Shown one piece after another: positions 1-8,457 of a stretch of 38,234 bases of DNA. The stretch spans positions 1 through 38,234 of the forward strand of contig LCIL01000008.1 in the NCBI GenBank assembly GCA_001001045.1. The letters are read 5' to 3'. Source of the DNA: Candidatus Woesebacteria bacterium GW2011_GWA1_44_23 (GTDB lineage Bacteria; Patescibacteriota; Microgenomatia; UBA8517). The notes below the pieces were generated by a model. That model searched no databases. It was not told the DNA's origin and was given only the letters and a program-made list of their open reading frames with translations. A program made the translations under genes and the position numbers. Positions within the stretch are counted from its first letter, which is position 1. Every line of letters begins with the position of its first letter.

Positions 1-1295
1 CTTCTACGTTCATCTTCGGTTAAACCAATTTTTGTTTCTGTCCCCCCATAGATGTTTTTAGCAAAATAGAGATCACATTCGGTTTTCTGTTTCAAAGATA
101 ACGGCGCCGGTAATTCTTTACTGTGTAATTTTGAAAGGTTTTCTGTTTTGGTGGTACTGGTATACGGAAAATGATAAAGATCAGATAGCTCCGAAGTTGA
201 GAGAATTGGATTACCTACAATATTTAACAATCGATGTTGATATAACCAAAATAACAGATCGTTTATGGCTTTAATTCTTATATATCTCCTCGCTTTTAAT
301 GACTGGTAGCCAGCATTAGTAAACGGTGACAGAGCTGCCAGAAAGCCTTTTTCGATTGTTGACCTATTCGAATATGAATTTGAGACTGTTAAAAGCCTCA
401 AGGAAGCGGTGAATAACTGCTGGTCAGTTTTCTGTTTGATTTGAGTTTCAATGATATCCCGATATGTACTGTCCGGTAATTTTGTTTTCAACGACATTAT
501 CGGCAGGACTGGCCCTTCCCGTCCGAGAGTCACTATCCAAATCCCAAAGGGACTGGCGACTTGTAATTCAGAAAGGACATCTTTATCACCTAGGAAAAGT
601 CCCCGTAACCGTCCAATAACCCGAGTTGTACCTCTGTTTATGGGCGAAACCACCATTTGCACTGCCACCATTTCATTTTCGGATAGCTTTGTCATGGCTC
701 CGGTGACATAGGCAATCGGATCGTATTCTTCAAGGTTATCTTGTTTTTTCAACGGAAAGACAAAATGTTTGGCTAAACGAATATCAATAACATGACCATG
801 TGTACCGTTTTTCAAATAATCATCAGCTTCTTTAACTTGGATACCTGGTAAATAAGCAATCAGATTTTTCTTGATTATTTGAGCGTCATCGACTGAAACC
901 CGCAGGATATACCGGATACCTTTGTCTTTAGTGGAAACAATTTCAAAAGCATATGACTTGGAGACGTCGAATAATCGGAGTATCCAAGAACGCTGGCGCA
1001 GCAGTCCATGGACAGAGGTAAATAGTTGAGCAGTGGTAAATGAGCTTTGTTCCGTACTTGTCGGTGGTGAAACTTCAAATATTTGTGTTGGTTTATTTGA
1101 TTCTTTCCAAAACAAATAAAGCTTAACGGAAAGACAGATAATCCAAAGAATAAAAAACGCAATAATAAGCCAAATCAGATATGGCAAATAAGTAGTAACA
1201 AAATGAGACAAAACCAGAAAATAGGGACTTAATGAATGGCTATAACCAACAAATTCTTTCTGGAGGATTTTAAGAACGATATTATTTTTCAGCAT
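1..1295 (-). CDS. Type IV secretion coupling protein / VirD4-TraD-like ATPase, N-terminal part (runs off the window)
   Basis: Not in the ORF track because it has no stop in the window. Manual translation from ATG 1295: MLKNNIVLK...LPYLIWLIIAFFILWII (TM)...FEIVSTKDKGIRYILR...FPLKKQDNLEEYDPIAYVTGAMTKL, and at the window edge KNIYGGTETKIGLTEDERR. This is the segment that precedes the Walker A motif in CPR VirD4/TrwB-like proteins. Confidence 0.7.
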   Translation of the reverse strand, partial: MLKNNIVLKILQKEFVGYSHSLSPYFLVLSHFVTTYLPYLIWLIIAFFILWIICLSVKLYLFWKESNKPTQIFEVSPPTSTEQSSFTTAQLFTSVHGLLRQRSWILRLFDVSKSYAFEIVSTKDKGIRYILRVSVDDAQIIKKNLIAYLPGIQVKEADDYLKNGTHGHVIDIRLAKHFVFPLKKQDNLEEYDPIAYVTGAMTKLSENEMVAVQMVVSPINRGTTRVIGRLRGLFLGDKDVLSELQVASPFGIWIVTLGREGPVLPIMSLKTKLPDSTYRDIIETQIKQKTDQQLFTASLRLLTVSNSYSNRSTIEKGFLAALSPFTNAGYQSLKARRYIRIKAINDLLFWLYQHRLLNIVGNPILSTSELSDLYHFPYTSTTKTENLSKLHSKELPAPLSLKQKTECDLYFAKNIYGGTETKIGLTEDERR

Positions 1296-1394
1296 AACTA
1301 CCCATGTTTGGGCAGTTAGCATCACCTATTTGACGTTGCACGAATAATACTCCACATAATGATTTTCTGCAAAGTGGTCAGCTTCAAGATGTGC

Positions 1395-1440
1395 TTGACA
1401 CTATAAATATAATGATATAGACTATAAATATATTGATAGT
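1395..1440 (+). promoter_or_regulatory. Sigma70 promoter overlapped by two operator-like repeats
   Basis: TTGACA (1395-1400), 17 bp spacer, TAGACT (1418-1423). Repeats ACTATAAATATAATGATA (1400-1417) and ACTATAAATATATTGATA (1421-1438). Confidence 0.6.
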
Positions 1441-1806
1441 ATGCCCACTATGTTAAGCGAAATAGAGCCAAATCAAGTAGTTACAGAACAACAAATACTT
1501 CTCCCTGTAGCCCAAATAATAGATGGTTCTTCATATAAACCAACACAAGCGAGAGTGATAGGCACATTTCCCACATCTGCAAAATCCATACAGGATTTAT
1601 TTCCCGAACAAGAGTATGAAGAGAAGAGTATACAACTAGCCAAAAAGGCTCTTGGATCGCTTTCGACTGAGTTTTCAGCTGAACAATTGAAAACCGTTAT
1701 TACCGAAGTGGAATTTCTTACAGAGAGTTGGCTTGACGAATTTGAACGGCAAATTTTCAAAGGCTCGACATTACAAGAATTACTTCATGAGAAAGGAGGC
1801 AAATGA
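1441..1806 (+). CDS. Hypothetical protein co-transcribed with the recombinase
   Basis: 121-aa ORF with a promoter directly upstream. ATGA overlap with the recombinase start, and an AGGAGG RBS for the recombinase in its last codons. Confidence 0.7.
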   Translation: MPTMLSEIEPNQVVTEQQILLPVAQIIDGSSYKPTQARVIGTFPTSAKSIQDLFPEQEYEEKSIQLAKKALGSLSTEFSAEQLKTVITEVEFLTESWLDEFERQIFKGSTLQELLHEKGGK

Positions 1807-3338
1807 AATCTGATAACCATATTTATGCAGACGGAAAACTAGCAGTACTTTATCTTCGTGTGTCCACAGAAGAACAAGTCGATAATTTTTCTTTAGGCAC
1901 GCAAGAAGAAATTTGTAAAAAAGAAGCAGAAAAACGCGGCTACCAGGTGATCGAAATTTTCCGAGAAGAGGGCAGATCTGCTAAAAGCATCACAGGCAGA
2001 CCCGTGCTCATTCAACTTCTTGAATATTGTCGAAAACATAAACACGCTGTACAAGCAGTGTTCGTTTATCGTCTTGACCGCGTATCCCGTATCACTGCTG
2101 ATTATTTAGCCATTCGAAAGAAACTAACCGAAAATGGAGTTACCATACTATCCGCTACCGAACCGACCGGAGATAGCCCAACCGAAAAACTGGTTGAGAC
2201 TATTCTTGCCGGATTTGCTCAGCTTGATAACGACATACGAAGCGAGAGGTCAAGAAACGGTCTTAAGGCACGTTTTCTTTCCGGCATGGTTGTTACTGGC
2301 CAAGTTCCATTGGGTTACGCTGTTCAGGCAGGGTACGCAGTTAAAAATACAACCAATTGGGATTTAATGAAAAAAGCCTGGGATCTCATGGCCACAGGGA
2401 CAAAAAGTCTTCAGGAAATGGCAAATCTCATGAATGAGTGGGGACTAAAGGAACATCGGGGTAATAGAGAATTTATTATCAGAGCCCAACGCGTCGACGT
2501 CTTATTCAGAAACAAATTTTACGTGGGAGTTATCACCTCCAAAACATATCTTGAGGAAGTAAAAGGACAGCATGTGCCCATGATCACAGAGGAACAATAT
2601 TATCGCGTACAAGCCATTATAGACGGTAGAAATCCCAATAAGGTGGCTTTGGCTAAACGGAATCACAATAACCCCGACTTCCCGCTACGCCGAATCGTTC
2701 GGTGTGGAGTTTGCGGTCTGGGAATGACAGGCGGTTGGAGCAAGGGCAGAAATGCTCGCTATGCATATTATCGTTGCGGCGGTGTATGTAAAGGCATTGC
2801 CGCAAAGTCAGAAATACTCGAAAGTTCAGTTGTTCAAACACTTAAACAAATAACACCCAAAAAGGAATGTCTTGATCTTTTTATTGCGTTTCTTTACCGG
2901 ACATACCACGAAAGATTATCGAGATTACAAAAAATCAAAAGCGCTGCTGATCAGGAAATTGCTACATTAAAAGCTCTTAGAAAGACTTTAGTTGAGAAAA
3001 ATCTAGCCGGTGTCTATTCCGATGAGGTATATAAAGAGCAAAACGCTGTTATTGAAGACCGAATGACAAAAGCTCAAGTCGTCAAAGACGACGCCACGAT
3101 TGATAAATACAACATCAACGATGTAACGACTTTTATACGAACATTACTTGCTGATTTAGGGGAAACATACAAACGCTCGAACCTAAGTCAGATAAAAGTA
3201 CTCTTGGGTTCAATATTTCCGTCCGGACTGGCTTGGAGACAAAATGGTACATTGAACCACCAGATTAGCCCGATTTATCAATCTATTTGCACCTTTAACA
3301 ACGGTGCCATCTCCTCTTGTGCCAAGGGCGGGAGTTGA
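1803..3338 (+). CDS. Large serine recombinase (integrase)
   Basis: YLRVST catalytic Ser motif, EEGRSAK...RP, VYRLDRVSR, recombinase domain (PLGY...NKFYVG...HVPMIT), Zn ribbon CGVC...CGGVC, and a coiled coil. Confidence 0.93.
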   Translation: MKSDNHIYADGKLAVLYLRVSTEEQVDNFSLGTQEEICKKEAEKRGYQVIEIFREEGRSAKSITGRPVLIQLLEYCRKHKHAVQAVFVYRLDRVSRITADYLAIRKKLTENGVTILSATEPTGDSPTEKLVETILAGFAQLDNDIRSERSRNGLKARFLSGMVVTGQVPLGYAVQAGYAVKNTTNWDLMKKAWDLMATGTKSLQEMANLMNEWGLKEHRGNREFIIRAQRVDVLFRNKFYVGVITSKTYLEEVKGQHVPMITEEQYYRVQAIIDGRNPNKVALAKRNHNNPDFPLRRIVRCGVCGLGMTGGWSKGRNARYAYYRCGGVCKGIAAKSEILESSVVQTLKQITPKKECLDLFIAFLYRTYHERLSRLQKIKSAADQEIATLKALRKTLVEKNLAGVYSDEVYKEQNAVIEDRMTKAQVVKDDATIDKYNINDVTTFIRTLLADLGETYKRSNLSQIKVLLGSIFPSGLAWRQNGTLNHQISPIYQSICTFNNGAISSCAKGGS

Positions 3339-3403
3339 ACCCGCACGCTCTTTCGAGCACACGCTCCTGAAGCGTGCCTGTCTGCCAATTTCAGCACCTC
3401 GGC
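3320..3403 (-). tRNA. tRNA-Leu(CAG)
   Basis: Acceptor GCCGAGG/CCTTGGC, anticodon arm CACGC-TTCAGGA-GCGTG, long variable arm, T arm GCGGG-TTCAACT-CCCGC. CCA not encoded. Confidence 0.95.
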
Positions 3404-3473
3404 TTGCATGCAATTATATCAAAAGCGTCTCAAACTTGACAGACTGTCTCCTTTTGTGGCATCCTGACAAATA

Positions 3474-4109
3474 ATGGTAAGTGACAGTTTTACGAGAGAA
3501 GAGAATATTGGATTTTGGAAGAATTTAATTTTGGTCACCGCCTTTTTTGTTGTTACTCCGTTGACCCTGGGAATAAGCCTTTATTCTCTTTTTTCCTTTA
3601 AATCCAATACCGCCGCCAGGGAAGTTTTCGATACTGCCAATCTTATTGTCTCCCCACAATCGGGTATAAAGGTGTACGCGTCTCTGCCCACAGTATTTCC
3701 GACAGTCTCCGAGCAGATTTCTTCATCCGACGCCAGGTCCGAGATATTAAGGCAATATATGGAAAACTATGGTTCACCACTTGCCCTCTATTCGGGGCTA
3801 ATTGTCCAAACGGCCGACAAGTATTCACTGGATTTCCGTCTGATTACGGCTATTGCCCAACAAGAGTCCAATATCTGTAAGATAATACCGCCGGGCTCCT
3901 ATAACTGCTGGGGATGGGGTATACACAGCAACGGGTCTTTGGGTTTTAAATCTTTTGATGAAGGCATTGAAGAAGTTTCCAGGGGACTAAGGACGGATTA
4001 CTTAAATAAAGGCTATACCACGGTGAATGAAATCATGGGTAAATACACTCCTCTGAGCAACGGATCCTGGGCTGATGGAGTGAACGAGTTCATGTCCGAA
4101 ATGGAATAA
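3474..4109 (+). CDS. Membrane-anchored lysozyme-like / glucosaminidase-like cell-wall hydrolase
   Basis: N-terminal TM helix. AIAQQES...YNCWGWG...F.SFDEGIE...Y...KYTP...WA pattern of the lysozyme-like fold. Confidence 0.65.
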   Translation: MVSDSFTREENIGFWKNLILVTAFFVVTPLTLGISLYSLFSFKSNTAAREVFDTANLIVSPQSGIKVYASLPTVFPTVSEQISSSDARSEILRQYMENYGSPLALYSGLIVQTADKYSLDFRLITAIAQQESNICKIIPPGSYNCWGWGIHSNGSLGFKSFDEGIEEVSRGLRTDYLNKGYTTVNEIMGKYTPLSNGSWADGVNEFMSEME

Positions 4110-4141
4110 GGCTTCTAACTATGAGTATGCTCCTATAATAG

Positions 4142-4170
4142 TTGACATACCTATAATTCTATGCTATAGT
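4142..4170 (+). promoter_or_regulatory. Strong sigma70 promoter
   Basis: TTGACA (4142-4147), 17 bp spacer, extended -10 TGC-TATAGT (4165-4170). Confidence 0.7.
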
Positions 4171-4229
4171 ACGCGTAGATTTCGAGGCTTAGGCATGGAA
4201 ACATGACCCCGGCGTTGAAATACATATTT

Positions 4230-4261
4230 GGCCCGTCTATTTATAGGCGGGCCTTCTTTTT
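4230..4261 (+). terminator. Intrinsic terminator inside the leader of the second hydrolase gene
   Basis: GGCCCGTCTA-TTTA-TAGGCGGGCC followed by TTCTTTTT. Confidence 0.7.
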
Positions 4262-4281
4262 ACAGCATTTGTTATACGGAC

Positions 4282-4806
4282 ATGAGAAAAATTATCATTT
4301 ATATCCTAATTACAGGATTCTTGCTTTTCCTGTGCACGGTAACCACCCGCGCGCAGGGTGTATCCGATTCTTCCGCATCTCTAAAAATTGCAGCGGCGAA
4401 GGGCGGATTCGATTACCGTGTCGAAAATCTTAGGGAGTTTCTTGAAAAATATAACTCTCCTCTTGCCGTGTACGCAGAGGAATTCGTTACTTATGCCGAC
4501 TTAAACGGTCTTGATTATAGGCTTGTTCCTTCTATTTCGGGTGTGGAATCCACCTTCGGAAAACGCATTCCCGCTGATTCTTATAATGCCTACGGCTGGG
4601 CAAACGGGGAATATAGTTTTACGTCTTGGGAAGATTCGATTGCACATGTTTCCAAGACTTTAAGAATTGCATATATAGATAGGGGTGCTGCCTCCATCGC
4701 AAAAATTGCCAAAAGATACGCCCCTCCTTCCGTAACCTGGGCAGGAAAGGTGACATTCTTTGTCAAAAAAATCGACTTCCTACCTCTAGACTTTGATATA
4801 ATCTAA
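4282..4806 (+). CDS. Secreted lysozyme-like / glucosaminidase-like protein, paralog of 3474..4109
   Basis: Signal peptide MRKIIIYILIT... supports a start at 4282 rather than 4228. Motifs YNSPL...DYRLVPSISGVES...YNAYGW...RYAP...WA are shared with the upstream gene. Confidence 0.65.
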   Translation: MRKIIIYILITGFLLFLCTVTTRAQGVSDSSASLKIAAAKGGFDYRVENLREFLEKYNSPLAVYAEEFVTYADLNGLDYRLVPSISGVESTFGKRIPADSYNAYGWANGEYSFTSWEDSIAHVSKTLRIAYIDRGAASIAKIAKRYAPPSVTWAGKVTFFVKKIDFLPLDFDII

Positions 4807-4811
4807 GCTGA

Positions 4812-4895
4812 GCCGGGGTGGTGAAACGGTATACACGCTAGGTTTAGGACCTAGTGCCCCTTAAAGGCGTGCAGGTTCGATTCCTGTCCCCGGCA
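4812..4895 (+). tRNA. tRNA-Leu(TAG)
   Basis: GCCGGGG/CCCCGGC acceptor, CTAGG-TTTAGGA-CCTAG anticodon arm, variable arm, GGTTCGATTCC. Confidence 0.95.
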
Positions 4896-4947
4896 CAGAT
4901 TACGGGTGGATTTAATATAATCCGATAAATTTGTGCTAATATTAATC

Positions 4948-5070
4948 ATGGAGTCAAAATCTCTTCATATCAATAAAGTCACCCGTTCAACACTCGAGCA
5001 CGTTCTTTTTATGATAATCCCGGTTTTGGTCTTTTTGGCCGCTTTGGTCATCTTTTTAAAATATGTTTAA
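4948..5070 (+). CDS. Small membrane protein (40 aa)
   Basis: Not in the ORF track. MESKSLHINKVTRSTLEHVLFMIIPVLVFLAALVIFLKYV*, with TGC-TAATAT just upstream and its stop overlapping the DUF192 start. Confidence 0.5.
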   Translation: MESKSLHINKVTRSTLEHVLFMIIPVLVFLAALVIFLKYV

Positions 5071-5569
5071 GCATATAATCCTTCCGATATTGGGGGTATT
5101 GGTGTTTATAGTGGTTGTCGGACTTCTGGTTAGGAAATCCGGCTCGCCGGGACTGACAAATATTTTTATTCCCAAGCCGACTGGCGGTCCGGTAAAGACA
5201 ATAACGGTAAGTGCGGCCAAAATTGACGTACAGATCGCGGATACGGCGGAAAAGAGGGTGGCCGGTCTTTCGGGTGTCACCTCTCTGAAAGAGAACGAGG
5301 GAATGCTTTTCGTTTTTGACGCAAAGGGAGTTACCCCGCTTTTCTGGATGAAGGGCATGCTCATTCCGCTCGATCTGATCTGGATCGGCGACGGAAAAAT
5401 TGTCAAGATAGATAAAAACATCCCGATACCTCCTCCCGGCACCCCTGATGTCAATCTGCAAACCTATTCTCCGGGGGCCCCTGTTGACTACGTGCTTGAG
5501 GTTAATGCGGGATTTTCGGATAGAAATAGCGTCAACGTGGAAGACGACGTCGACCTATCCGGTATTTAG
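5063..5569 (+). CDS. DUF192 family protein
   Basis: IADT...GLS...EGMLFVF...FWMKGM.IPLDLIWI...YVLEVNAG, plus an N-terminal TM helix. Confidence 0.88.
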   Translation: MFKHIILPILGVLVFIVVVGLLVRKSGSPGLTNIFIPKPTGGPVKTITVSAAKIDVQIADTAEKRVAGLSGVTSLKENEGMLFVFDAKGVTPLFWMKGMLIPLDLIWIGDGKIVKIDKNIPIPPPGTPDVNLQTYSPGAPVDYVLEVNAGFSDRNSVNVEDDVDLSGI

Positions 5570-6802
5570 GCTGAATTCCTCCAGTTCTTTGATTCCTCCA
5601 AAAGCGATCCTGTCAATTACCGTTTGCGCCCCTCCGAAGCTTCTGGCAGATCCGACACTGAAACTTCCCCATCTTTCGTTTATGCCATCAACTGCCCTGG
5701 TAAGGTTTTGCTTCTTGCCCATGTCTTCAAAGAATTCAAGCTGGAGTGAATCCGCCCGCGTCAATCCAAAACAGGAAACGGCGATATTAAGAACGGGGGA
5801 AGCGGGGGCCGCTTCGATTAAAAGCCTGAATGCTGGTTTGTAAAAGTCCCTTGAATCAAACTGAGGTTGAGGAAGCCTTCTGCCCCTGTGCCACCAGGAG
5901 CCGTTTTTAAAGATCAGCATAAGGTGGATGCCCGAAGCTTTGTATCCCGCCCCTCTCAGCCTGCTACACATCTTCTCCGTAAGTCTGGCGAGGATGGGGG
6001 AAAGTTCCTCAATTCTTGAGAGATTCCTGCCCAAGGCCACGGAATTCCCGTAGCTTCTTCTCCCGAATTCCGTACTGTCAATCTCGTAGCCGGATAAACG
6101 TGCGTTCCAGTAAAAACCGGTGATTGAATGAAAAGCGGCTCTAAGCTTCCAAACGGGGGCTTCATAAAAATCGAGAACCGAGTAAATTCCCATTCCGTTA
6201 AGACGCGCCGCATTCCTTCCCTTTATACCGGTCAGGTCGGTAAGTTTTAACCCGGAATATACATCCAAAAAATTATCTTTATTTATCTCATCGAGCCCGT
6301 CGGGTTTTTTTAATCCCGCCGCAATTTTGGCCAGGTATCTATTGGGGGCCATCCCGATGGAGACGGTAAGCCAATTTCCAATCTCACTTTTTATCCTTTG
6401 TTTTATCTCCCGGGCAACGGACTTTAACGGGGTCTTTTTAAGGGGCAGGTAATCCGCCATATTCAAAACAAACTCGTCGATAGATTTAGGGGAAAAGTCG
6501 GCGGTGTAATCTGAAACGAGTTTCCGGAGTTTCAAGTGTACATTTCTGTATTTCCAGGGGTCGGGGGAAAGTACCACCAGTTTGGGATAAAGACTGCGCG
6601 CGTCTCCGACCCTCATCCCGGTTTTAATTCCCAGGCGTTTAGCCTCCACGGAGGCAGCCAAAATACAGCCCCGGGGAGTCGTAAAGGCCGCAACGGCAAC
6701 GGGCTTTCCCCTTAAACGCGGGTTTGCCTGCTGCTCCACGCTCGCAAAACAGGAATTAAGATCAATGTGCATGACCCCCGAAGGCAGGGGATTAAATTCC
6801 AT
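5555..6802 (-). CDS. dinB: Y-family DNA polymerase (Pol IV / DinB-like)
   Basis: HIDLNSCFASVE, SIDE catalytic motif, LAKIAA..KKPDG, and a clamp-binding-like QLEFF motif. Confidence 0.88.
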   Translation of the reverse strand: MEFNPLPSGVMHIDLNSCFASVEQQANPRLRGKPVAVAAFTTPRGCILAASVEAKRLGIKTGMRVGDARSLYPKLVVLSPDPWKYRNVHLKLRKLVSDYTADFSPKSIDEFVLNMADYLPLKKTPLKSVAREIKQRIKSEIGNWLTVSIGMAPNRYLAKIAAGLKKPDGLDEINKDNFLDVYSGLKLTDLTGIKGRNAARLNGMGIYSVLDFYEAPVWKLRAAFHSITGFYWNARLSGYEIDSTEFGRRSYGNSVALGRNLSRIEELSPILARLTEKMCSRLRGAGYKASGIHLMLIFKNGSWWHRGRRLPQPQFDSRDFYKPAFRLLIEAAPASPVLNIAVSCFGLTRADSLQLEFFEDMGKKQNLTRAVDGINERWGSFSVGSARSFGGAQTVIDRIAFGGIKELEEFSLNTG

Positions 6803-7025
6803 TTTCCACCTCCAGAAGGCGCCAACCCAAAGTTTCCGTGTTGAAGCTAAGTTTCATGTATAGGGTTTCCGTATTAACCGAAAACAGGTGATAAAGAATA
6901 CGACCTTCGCGGAGGGTGTAGTGGAACCCCACTTCTTGGATTTTGTAGATACAAAGCTTCCACTGGACCCATTTCGGAGCATCGCTCATTCCGACTTTTA
7001 CCTTTTCGTTTACCGCCACCACCAT
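6792..7025 (-). CDS. Small protein coupled to dinB (DUF6504-like)
   Basis: 77 aa with the pattern P..VQWK...Y.I...HLFSV...L.F......W.L. Overlaps the dinB start. Confidence 0.6.
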   Translation of the reverse strand: MVVAVNEKVKVGMSDAPKWVQWKLCIYKIQEVGFHYTLREGRILYHLFSVNTETLYMKLSFNTETLGWRLLEVENGI

Positions 7026-7106
7026 GATTAGTTTTACACCCGAATAAAATACGAAGTCAAATATATCTTTCTGTTACAAGTCCCGTTTTTATGCTAGAGT
7101 ATATGT

Positions 7107-7451
7107 ATGCAGGCACTATATGCCCTAATTTCCCTTCTGGCGGGTTTCAAAATCTGTGACGTCTTGACCCATCCGGATTCAAAAATACGCAGAAAAACCC
7201 CCACCATTAAAATCAGGGGGTTTGAGCTTCTGCCCAGTATAAGGATTACCGTAAGGGGAAGATTCGTTCATTTTCATCACTGGATGAATTTTTCGATCCT
7301 TTTTGTTATTTCAGTTGTAGTAGGAGGCAGCATTCTTGACTCGTGGCTTACAAGAGGGGTCCTTCTGGGAGGAATTATTCAAGGACTTACGATTCCGAGT
7401 CCTATTGCGAGAAAAATAATCTACAGCAAAAAAATAGATGTCCAATCTTAG
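7107..7451 (+). CDS. Hypothetical membrane protein
   Basis: Hydrophobic segments, an HFHHW motif, and overlap with the next gene. Confidence 0.7.
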   Translation: MQALYALISLLAGFKICDVLTHPDSKIRRKTPTIKIRGFELLPSIRITVRGRFVHFHHWMNFSILFVISVVVGGSILDSWLTRGVLLGGIIQGLTIPSPIARKIIYSKKIDVQS

Positions 7452-8442
7452 GGGCTTTTTTTACTATTTATCCATAGCCGTAATATTCTTTTTAATAGGC
7501 TGGTTTGGCAATAATGCGTATCGCCTTCCCAGGGCTCCCGATCCCGTACCTCAGGCAAAGCCGACGCCTCTTTTGAAGTACACCGTAGAAAATTTGTCAA
7601 AATCTGAATTTAAAAAATCGGAGATTATCATAGGGAACACACTAAAAGAGACGACATCTTATACATCTTACGAGTTTACGATGGAATTCTCTCCCGATTT
7701 TTCCGGCAATCTCAAAAAAACATCGGGCATGATAAATATTCCAAAAGGCCCGGGGCCATTTCCTGTAATTGTGATGTACCGGGGATATATAAACCAGGAA
7801 ACCTATGCGATAGGGGAAGGGACTTCCCCCTCTGCTTCATTTTTTGCCCAAAACGGTTATATAACCGTGGCTCCCGACTTTTTGGGATACGGAAATAGCG
7901 ATTCCGAGGCTGCGAATATTTTTGAATCCCGGTTCCAGACATATGTCACGGCCGTATCCGTACTCAAGTCGGTGGGTTCCCTAAGTTCGTGGGACGGAAC
8001 CAATATTTTTATCTGGGGGCACAGTAACGGCGGCCAAATTGCGCTGATAACCCTCGAAATAACAGGCGAGAATTACCCTACGGTTCTTTGGGCACCCGTA
8101 ACAAGACCTTTTCCGGCATCCATCCTCTACTATATCGATGAGGCCACCGACAGCGGAAAACTGATTATAGGCAAACTTGCCGAGTTTAACGATACCTATG
8201 ATGCAGGCATGTTCTCATTGACCGGGTACTACGTCAAAATCAAAGCTCCTATACAGTTAAATCAGGGCACGGCCGACACGGCGGTTCCTTATTGGTGGAG
8301 CGACTCCTTCGTCCAAACGCTTAAAAATAGCGAAGTTGACGTTACTTATATAAAATACCCCGGAGCCAACCACAATCTGCTTCCGTTATGGAACCAGGCC
8401 GTAAATGCCTCTCTGCTTTTTTTTAAATCATATTTGCGCTAA
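7438..8442 (+). CDS. Alpha/beta hydrolase (S9 peptidase-like), membrane-anchored
   Basis: GHSNGG nucleophile elbow, QGTADTAVP (Asp) and GANHN (His). Confidence 0.85.
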   Translation: MSNLRGFFYYLSIAVIFFLIGWFGNNAYRLPRAPDPVPQAKPTPLLKYTVENLSKSEFKKSEIIIGNTLKETTSYTSYEFTMEFSPDFSGNLKKTSGMINIPKGPGPFPVIVMYRGYINQETYAIGEGTSPSASFFAQNGYITVAPDFLGYGNSDSEAANIFESRFQTYVTAVSVLKSVGSLSSWDGTNIFIWGHSNGGQIALITLEITGENYPTVLWAPVTRPFPASILYYIDEATDSGKLIIGKLAEFNDTYDAGMFSLTGYYVKIKAPIQLNQGTADTAVPYWWSDSFVQTLKNSEVDVTYIKYPGANHNLLPLWNQAVNASLLFFKSYLR

Positions 8443-8457
8443 AATCCGCGTAATAAT

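Larger units (their letters stand above)
1..3338. mobile_element. Right end of an integrative element inserted at tRNA-Leu(CAG)
   Basis: A large serine recombinase overlaps the tRNA 3' end, a conjugation-type coupling protein gene lies inside, and the DNA is visibly more AT-rich than the flanking core. The other boundary is outside the window. Confidence 0.7.

Noticed and set aside
451-1162. Short ORFs 451..711 and 875..1162, and similar antisense/overlapping ORFs in the track
   Set aside because: They are shadows of longer genes with recognisable motifs.
4186-4214. SRP RNA identity for the GAAA hairpin
   Set aside because: TAGG precedes the stem, but the conserved AGCAG side of the SRP internal loop is missing.
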